From: an uncultured Gammaproteobacteria bacterium
GTDB lineage: Bacteria; Pseudomonadota; Gammaproteobacteria; DRJJ01
Length of the DNA stretch: 64,000 nucleotides
Assembly (NCBI GenBank): GCA_947258795.1
Contig: CAMYJU010000007.1
Span: 129,392-193,391, forward strand
Direction of reading: 5' to 3'
The position numbers and the translations under genes are program-made. Position 1 is the first letter of the stretch; the number at the start of each line of letters is the position of its first letter. The notes under the pieces were generated by a model that was given only the letters and a program-made list of their open reading frames with translations, made no database searches and was not told the origin of the DNA. Below are positions 57,750 through 64,000 of this stretch, one piece after another.

Positions 57750-58868
57750 ATGTCTATCGCAATTGATGAAGCTTATTTTCATACGACAAAATATATTATT
57801 AACCACGATATCATGCACTGCACGGCTGAGGGAGTGGTTGGTAATCACTTATACTCGGGGCGTTCACTCGGATTCTCAGAGCCCTGGGATATTATACAAC
57901 TGCATCCTGATCTCGCGTCATTATGGGACGATATAAATGCTCACTACAGGCGAATAGGGTTGACCCATACCGAGAATGTTATCTGGAACCTCGACTTGAA
58001 TGAACTGGGCTCGCATATAGGTTACCAACCCTCTGTATTTTTTTATGGGCGGGATGAATTTAAATACTGGGGTGATGACCAGTGGCTGGAAACGGTTGAC
58101 TTTATAAATTCAAAAAATAATTTCATGGCCCTTGCCAATAAACTGGGTATAGATGTACCCAAGACCTTATGTTTTGATAGTATTCACTCGATTGATCCAT
58201 GGGTAGTCAGGGAGATTGTTTTCCCATGCTATATTAAGGCCGCCATATCGGTATCAGGCGTCGGCATATATCGTTGTCAGAATGAAGATGAGTTACATGA
58301 GGCAATCGGTAAATTTAACCATGATGTCCCAGTACAGGTTCAGGAAGAAGTATTATCAGAAACTTTTCTTAATATGCAGTACATGGTTACTGGCAACGAA
58401 CTGGTCAGGCTTGAAGCCAGTGAACAGATACTCGATGGTTTTGTGCATCAGGGTAACCGGGTGCCGTCCAGTCACGCGCCCTGGGATATGATCGAACCGA
58501 TGGCCCTCTGGCTTAAGCAGCACGGGTTGAAAGGTATATTTGCGCTGGATGTGGCCGTGGTTGAAACTGACAAAGGTTTCCGATATCCAGCCATCGAGTG
58601 TAATCCGCGCTTTAATGGAGCTTCCTACCCAACGATGATTGCCAGGAAACTGGGAATACAGAAATGGATTGCGATAAACATGTCAACCAGGCATCGGGCA
58701 CTTTCAGATATTAATCTGGATGGAATTGAATATAATCCTGAGACAGGCAGCGGGGTGATTATCGTAAACTGGGGTACTGTCCTTGCCGGAAAAATTATGA
58801 TGCTTTTGGCTGGATCCAGGGCGTATCAGGATGAGTTGTTGCTGGAACTCAAGGCACGCCTCTGCTAG
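57750..58868 (+). CDS. ATP-grasp domain protein
   Basis: NSKNNF...VPKT, FPCYIKAAISVSGVG, QVQEEV, GIFALD and IECNPRFNG. Confidence 0.85.
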   Translation: MSIAIDEAYFHTTKYIINHDIMHCTAEGVVGNHLYSGRSLGFSEPWDIIQLHPDLASLWDDINAHYRRIGLTHTENVIWNLDLNELGSHIGYQPSVFFYGRDEFKYWGDDQWLETVDFINSKNNFMALANKLGIDVPKTLCFDSIHSIDPWVVREIVFPCYIKAAISVSGVGIYRCQNEDELHEAIGKFNHDVPVQVQEEVLSETFLNMQYMVTGNELVRLEASEQILDGFVHQGNRVPSSHAPWDMIEPMALWLKQHGLKGIFALDVAVVETDKGFRYPAIECNPRFNGASYPTMIARKLGIQKWIAINMSTRHRALSDINLDGIEYNPETGSGVIIVNWGTVLAGKIMMLLAGSRAYQDELLLELKARLC

Positions 58869-58913
58869 CATCAAGGCTCATTCAGGTCACTAACAAAAAA
58901 TACAACTTCAATT

Positions 58914-59858
58914 ATGATGTCTGAAAAGGCCGGCTACTCACTCATGATCCACGGTGGCGCAGGAGCGCTCGATAATATCCGGGATAGTGACACGGCCGTC
59001 CGCTACCTGGAAAGTCTGCGTGGTATCCTGGAACATGGTCGCGATATTCTGGGGCTGGGTGGATCTGCGCTGGAAGCAGTAGAGGCCTGCGCATCCCTGC
59101 TGGAAGACGATCCCGTTTTTAATGCGGGATGTGGCTCGGTTCTGAATGAAGACGGAAAAGTGGAAATGGATGCAGCGATCATGGATGGCCGTGATTTGTC
59201 CGCCGGCGCCGTTGCTGCAGTTGATAATATCGCCAACCCGATTCAGCTCGCACGTCTGGTGATGACCATGAGCGAGCATGTCCTGCTGATAGCCGAAGGT
59301 GCAGAGCGCTTTGCCGAGCATTGTGGAATGGAGCGAGCACCGGAAAACTATTTTTACACGCCAGATCGCATAGAGCAGTTAAAACTGGCCCGCCTCAAGC
59401 ACAAGGTTATGCTGGATCATGACAGTACTGAAGAAGACAGCGAAGACCAGAAGTATGGCACCATTGGTGCTGTTGCTTATGATATGCAGGGTAATCTCGC
59501 TGCGGCAACCTCGACCGGGGGTATAGTCAATAAACGCATGGGAAGGGTGGGTGATTCACCGATTATCGGTGCCGGGGTCTATGCCGATAATGAAACCTGT
59601 GCTGTATCGGCTACCGGATATGGCGAGGATTTCATGCGTACGGTAATAGCCAAGACCATATCGGATTTTGTTTACCTAAAGGACATGGATGCCGAGGAAG
59701 CAACCCGGGCGGGTATCGAGTATTTACGACGCAGGGTAAAGGGGCGTGGCGGTGTGATCGTCATCGACCGGAACGGAAACTGCTCCAGTGGTTTTACAAC
59801 CAAAAAAATGATACATGGCTGGATTGAGAAAGGCGGCGAGGCCGTGGTTCGTTTCTAG
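58914..59858 (+). CDS. iaaA: Isoaspartyl peptidase/L-asparaginase (Ntn hydrolase)
   Basis: IHGGAG, FNAG, EMDAAIMDG, GTIGAVA, TSTGG, GRVGDSP and SATGYGE. Confidence 0.93.
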   Translation: MMSEKAGYSLMIHGGAGALDNIRDSDTAVRYLESLRGILEHGRDILGLGGSALEAVEACASLLEDDPVFNAGCGSVLNEDGKVEMDAAIMDGRDLSAGAVAAVDNIANPIQLARLVMTMSEHVLLIAEGAERFAEHCGMERAPENYFYTPDRIEQLKLARLKHKVMLDHDSTEEDSEDQKYGTIGAVAYDMQGNLAAATSTGGIVNKRMGRVGDSPIIGAGVYADNETCAVSATGYGEDFMRTVIAKTISDFVYLKDMDAEEATRAGIEYLRRRVKGRGGVIVIDRNGNCSSGFTTKKMIHGWIEKGGEAVVRF

Positions 59859-60082
59859 GTATTCCTGGCTATCACCGTCAGAGTTCTTTAATCTCCCGTT
59901 TGTTGCGATATGCCCACCAAGCGAAACAATACAATATCTGACTGTTAAAAACAGTAGTAGCTGCTCGCATTCCGTTAGTTTGGTAAATTGGCAGCTGCTA
60001 ACCAGGTGGTAGCTAGTTTGCTTTCATTTTACAAGATAAAATAGAGTCACTTGTACAGTTTATCTATTGAGGCAGGTGACAT

Positions 60083-61675
60083 ATAGATACAATTATTTCT
60101 ATCGTCCAGACTGCTGGCGGGCTCGGCCTTTTCCTGTTGGGCATGATCGTGATGACCGATGGCTTAAAGGAACTAGCCGGAGCTGCTCTGCGTGGTCGCT
60201 TAATCCGGTTTACACGTAGCCCTGCGACAGGTGCCCTGTCTGGTGCCGCGACCACCGCTATTCTGCAATCTTCCAGTGCTACGACAGTCGCTGCTGTGGG
60301 TTTTGTCGGTGCCGGTCTGCTCACCTTTCCCGAGGCGTTAGGTATTATATTCGGGGCCAATATAGGTACTACCATTACCGGCTGGATGGTGGCGCTGCTG
60401 GGATTCAAACTCAAACTGGGCACCTTTGTGATGCCCCTGATACTGATTGGTGCGATTTTGCGTCTTTTCGCGAAGGGCCGCCTGAAATCTGTCGGCTATG
60501 CGATAGCCGGTTTTGGTCTTATTTTCGTTGGTATTTCATTCATGCAACAGGGCATGGATGGTATATCGCAGTTCATGACGCCTGATGTTTTGCCGCAGGA
60601 TACGCTGGCTGGTCGGATCAAGCTGGTATTGCTGGGAATTGTGATAACGATTATTACCCAGTCCTCCAGTGCCGGCGTGGCGGGCACACTGGCGGCACTT
60701 TATGCCGGTGCGGTCAATTTCGAACAGGCCGCGGCGATGGTCATTGGTATGGATATCGGTACCACGGTAACGGCGCTGATTGCATCCATAGGTGGATCGA
60801 TCGATTCACGACGCACTGCCATATCGCATGTTTCCTACAACCTGATTACCGGGACGGGCGCTTTGATTCTGATTACTCCCTATATGCTGCTATGGGAATT
60901 TGTTGCACCGGGGACGCTGCTGGCCCATGCGGAGGTCGCGCTGGTTGCGTTTCACACCTCGTTTAACACGATAGGTGTGATGATTGCGGTCCCGTTCGCG
61001 AAACAGTTTGCACGCCTGATGAAAAGCTTGGTGCCAGGCCAGGGACCTGCCGTTACCCGGCGTCTGGATAAGGCCCTGCTTGAGCAGCCCGAACTGGCGT
61101 TGAAGGGCTCGCAGGAGACGGTGCGCACAGAGTTGCTGGTGTTACTGAAGCATGTGAATGCGATGCTGGGGCAAACTGCAGCGGCACATCATGCTGATAT
61201 GATTGAACTGCAACATGCACTGGAACAGACACAGGAGTTTGTTGACCGGATTCATCTGAGCACGAAAGAGGATATCAACTGGAATCGCCTGGTCGCGATC
61301 ATTCACTCCCTGGATCATTTGCAAAGACTGCACGAGCGTTGCGAGGAGGAAAATCGCGCCAGTATTGCATCGACTGCGCCCGATCTGGAGGAAGGCTGTC
61401 AGTTGCTGGTCGAAACCAACACCTGGATCATTGAGCATATTGAGGCAAACCAGTGGGTCCGGGCAGCGCGGATGGCAGCGGATACGGCAGAGCGTATACA
61501 CAGACAGGTTGAGCCCCTGCGTAGTGTGATGATGAATCGTGTCGCCAGTGGTGAAATCGATGTGCCTACCGGAACCAACCTGCTCGAAGCAATACGCTGG
61601 CTGCGGCGCGTCAGTATCCATGTTGCCCGTATCACCGAACACTATGAAAAAGCCATGATTTCAGTAGGCGAATAA
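60083..61675 (+). CDS. Na/Pi cotransporter family protein with PhoU-like C-terminus
   Basis: GGLGLFLLGM, QSSSATT, GANIGTT and a second QSSSA. The conserved N-terminus extends to an ATA codon at 60083. Confidence 0.9.
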   Translation: MDTIISIVQTAGGLGLFLLGMIVMTDGLKELAGAALRGRLIRFTRSPATGALSGAATTAILQSSSATTVAAVGFVGAGLLTFPEALGIIFGANIGTTITGWMVALLGFKLKLGTFVMPLILIGAILRLFAKGRLKSVGYAIAGFGLIFVGISFMQQGMDGISQFMTPDVLPQDTLAGRIKLVLLGIVITIITQSSSAGVAGTLAALYAGAVNFEQAAAMVIGMDIGTTVTALIASIGGSIDSRRTAISHVSYNLITGTGALILITPYMLLWEFVAPGTLLAHAEVALVAFHTSFNTIGVMIAVPFAKQFARLMKSLVPGQGPAVTRRLDKALLEQPELALKGSQETVRTELLVLLKHVNAMLGQTAAAHHADMIELQHALEQTQEFVDRIHLSTKEDINWNRLVAIIHSLDHLQRLHERCEEENRASIASTAPDLEEGCQLLVETNTWIIEHIEANQWVRAARMAADTAERIHRQVEPLRSVMMNRVASGEIDVPTGTNLLEAIRWLRRVSIHVARITEHYEKAMISVGE

Positions 61676-61893
61676 AGCGTGAGAGGGTGTTCGTCAGCGC
61701 AGATTATGAGCCGAAATATCAGGCTGTTAAACCGGCCTGTCTGGTTTGCTGTTGAACAGGGGGGTGATCACCATCGTATTAGACATCTTGCCCCGACATC
61801 CCTAAAATTAGCTGAAGTCTGATCAGCGGCATCCGGTATTCACCAGCCTGCACAAGGCCAAAACAGGGATAGCGACATGGACTGTTTAACTGT

Positions 61894-63186
61894 ATGTGGA
61901 CAACAGCATTGGAGCTGACTTTACCAGTCAGCACGATTGAGGAATCCATCGCGGATGCCTACAGTCGGACCCGTCAGGCCTCCTTGTTGCTGTGTGATCA
62001 ACTGGAAGTTGAGGACTACGGTCTACAGGCCATGCCCGAAGTGAGTCCGCCCAAGTGGCATCTCGCTCATACCAGCTGGTTTTTCGAAACCTTTATCCTC
62101 AAGCCTTTTGTTCGCGGCTATCGCCTGTTTAATCCAGACTATGAATACATGTTTAACAGTTACTACCATGGTGTGGGTGCGCAGTATCCCCGTGCGCAAC
62201 GTGGATTGTTGTCAAGACCCACCGTGGCGGAAACACGGAACTACCGGCGTCATGTAGATGATGCAATGATAGCTTTGTTGCAGCTGACCGATCATTCTGA
62301 CAGGAATACCATCCTGCAGCGTTGTGAGCTGGGTCTGCACCATGAGCAGCAGCACCAGGAACTGTTCTGTACCGATATCAAATACAGTTTTTCATTTAAC
62401 CCCTTATACCCGGCCCTGGCCTGTGCACCGATGACGGCGCAACAGAACAGACTACCGGCATTGCAATTTCGCAATTTTGATGAGGTGGATGCCACTATCG
62501 GTTATACCGGCAATGGTTTCCATTTCGATAACGAGACACCAGCGCATGATTTTCAACTACCGGCCTTCCGCTTTGCCAGTCGTCTGGTGACCAATGCCGA
62601 GTATCTGGCATTTGTACAGGATGGTGGTTACTCGGACCCGATGTTGTGGCTATCTGATGGCTGGGCCTGGAGGCAGGCTGGTGACGTACGGCATCCGCGT
62701 TACTGGGTCATGCAGGACGACGACTGGTCTGAATATACCCTGTACGGTTTGCAGACGCTCGATCCTGATCGACCGGTCTGTCATGTCAGTTATTACGAGG
62801 CCGATGCCTACGCGCGCTGGTGTGGTAAACGACTACCCTCAGAGCAGGAATGGGAACGGGTCTGCCAACAAATAGATCCTGTCTCAACCAGTGCGTCTGT
62901 GAGTCTGCATCCGGCCGCTGCAACCGATAATGAAAACCGGGATATTGTGCAAATGTTCGGCCATGTCTGGCAATGGACCCGTTCCGCTTACTCACCGTAT
63001 CCCGGTTATCGAGCGGTAGAGGGGGCAATCGGTGAATACAACGGCAAGTTTATGTGTAACCAGATGGTGTTGCGTGGAAGTTCCTGTGTCACCCAGCCCG
63101 GACATGCACGAATGAGCTACCGGAATTTCTTTTATCCAAATGACCAATGGCAGTTTAGTGGTATACGCCTGGCCGATGATCTGTGA
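61894..63186 (+). CDS. egtB: Ergothioneine biosynthesis sulfoxide synthase EgtB
   Basis: SPPKWHLAHTSWFFE, HHEQQHQE, FGE-like domain, EYNGKFM and YRNFF. Confidence 0.95.
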   Translation: MWTTALELTLPVSTIEESIADAYSRTRQASLLLCDQLEVEDYGLQAMPEVSPPKWHLAHTSWFFETFILKPFVRGYRLFNPDYEYMFNSYYHGVGAQYPRAQRGLLSRPTVAETRNYRRHVDDAMIALLQLTDHSDRNTILQRCELGLHHEQQHQELFCTDIKYSFSFNPLYPALACAPMTAQQNRLPALQFRNFDEVDATIGYTGNGFHFDNETPAHDFQLPAFRFASRLVTNAEYLAFVQDGGYSDPMLWLSDGWAWRQAGDVRHPRYWVMQDDDWSEYTLYGLQTLDPDRPVCHVSYYEADAYARWCGKRLPSEQEWERVCQQIDPVSTSASVSLHPAAATDNENRDIVQMFGHVWQWTRSAYSPYPGYRAVEGAIGEYNGKFMCNQMVLRGSSCVTQPGHARMSYRNFFYPNDQWQFSGIRLADDL

Positions 63187-63210
63187 ATCTGACTGCAGAG
63201 GAAGCTTGAT

Positions 63211-64000
63211 ATGACACCTGCAATGGCTGAAAAAAAGGATGCAATCTATTATCATGAATTGCATGTACATGAAGACAACATGGCTGGCGAGGTGCACGAC
63301 GGGCTGAGTCGCCAACAGAAAACACTGTCGCCAAAGTTTTTCTACGACAAGCGTGGATCTGAACTGTTCGACGAGATAACGCGTTTACCGGAATACTATC
63401 CGACCCGTACTGAAATCAGTCTGCTCAGGCGGCATGTGCAGGAAATGGCAGAGCTGCTGGGAACACACAGCTTTCTGCTGGAGATGGGCAGCGGCAGCAG
63501 TATCAAGATACGCCTTTTACTCGAGGCGGCACGACCCAGTATTTATGTGCCGATGGATATATCTCGTGAACACCTGATTGCCTCATCACAACGTTTGGCA
63601 AATGATTATCCCTGGCTAACAATTCATGCTGCCTGTGTCGATTACTCAAGGACGTGGGACGTCCCGGACTTTGGTCCGGGACGCTACAATGCGTTTTTCC
63701 CGGGCTCCAGTATTGGTAATTTCGATCCGGTATCGGCCTTGCAGTTACTGAAACAGATAAGGCGTCTGGTTGGGAAAGAAGGCGGTCTGCTGATCGGGGT
63801 GGATCTTGAAAAGGAGCCTGGTATTCTTGAGGCGGCCTATAACGATGCGCAGGGAATTACGGCCAGTTTTAACCTGAATATGCTGAGGCATATCAATCAG
63901 CGTCTGCAAGCTGACTTTGAGCCGGATAATTTCGCTCACAAGGCGGTTTACAATTCGACTCAGGGACGCATCGAGATGCACCTGGAGTGTATGAAAGATC
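63211..64000 (+). CDS. egtD: L-histidine N-alpha-methyltransferase EgtD (runs off the right edge)
   Basis: Manual translation: KTLSPKFFYDKRGSELFDEITRLPEYYPTRTE, EMGSGSS, FPGSSIGNF, AYNDAQG and RIEMHL. Confidence 0.95.
   Translation, partial: MTPAMAEKKDAIYYHELHVHEDNMAGEVHDGLSRQQKTLSPKFFYDKRGSELFDEITRLPEYYPTRTEISLLRRHVQEMAELLGTHSFLLEMGSGSSIKIRLLLEAARPSIYVPMDISREHLIASSQRLANDYPWLTIHAACVDYSRTWDVPDFGPGRYNAFFPGSSIGNFDPVSALQLLKQIRRLVGKEGGLLIGVDLEKEPGILEAAYNDAQGITASFNLNMLRHINQRLQADFEPDNFAHKAVYNSTQGRIEMHLECMKD

Noticed and set aside
1..64000. CRISPR array, tRNA/rRNA, transposase or integrase
   Set aside because: No spaced direct repeats, cloverleaf-like or rRNA-like sequence, or recombinase motifs were seen.
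61894..64000. Selenoneine or ovothiol pathway
   Set aside because: No senB/senC and no OvoA-type methyltransferase fusion in the window; it is an ordinary egtB-egtD pair.

Overview
A bacterial chromosomal window, probably from a gammaproteobacterium (inferred from gene content and promoter types). It has no rRNA, tRNA, CRISPR array or transposase. Left (1-22.6 kb): an amino-acid dehydrogenase/2-oxoacid:ferredoxin oxidoreductase operon, then a phosphate-starvation region. That region holds pstSCAB-phoU, a pyruvate kinase-like/CHAD/ParA trio and a split arsJ + ArsJ-type GAPDH arsenate-detox pair, each unit preceded by a Pho-box-like site. Embedded in it is a candidate RNA end-processing operon (PEP-utilizing enzyme, endonuclease V remnant, RtcA, Clp1-like kinase fused to RNase Z). 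Middle (22.7-31.6 kb): low-oxygen/stress genes, a LpqY-SugABC-like sugar ABC transporter and an internally deleted ahcY relic. Right-centre (31.8-56.5 kb) is the highlight: a multiheme cytochrome island of 9 c-type cytochromes, with 63 CxxCH plus 4 CX3-4CH motifs counted by eye. It has two paralogous octaheme/cytochrome b/triheme membrane modules and an 18-heme protein built from tandem tetraheme repeats. A separate operon encodes an OmcE-like tetraheme, two NHL lipoproteins, a beta-barrel and an OmcE-domain undecaheme. The island carries FNR boxes, a sigma54 promoter with two enhancer-like sites, and a sigma28 promoter followed by a c-di-GMP-I riboswitch, so it is a candidate cytochrome-nanowire/extracellular electron transfer system. 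Right end: frameshifted atpC, ATP-grasp + isoaspartyl peptidase, Na/Pi symporter, egtB and partial egtD. All family assignments come from recalled motifs, not database searches.
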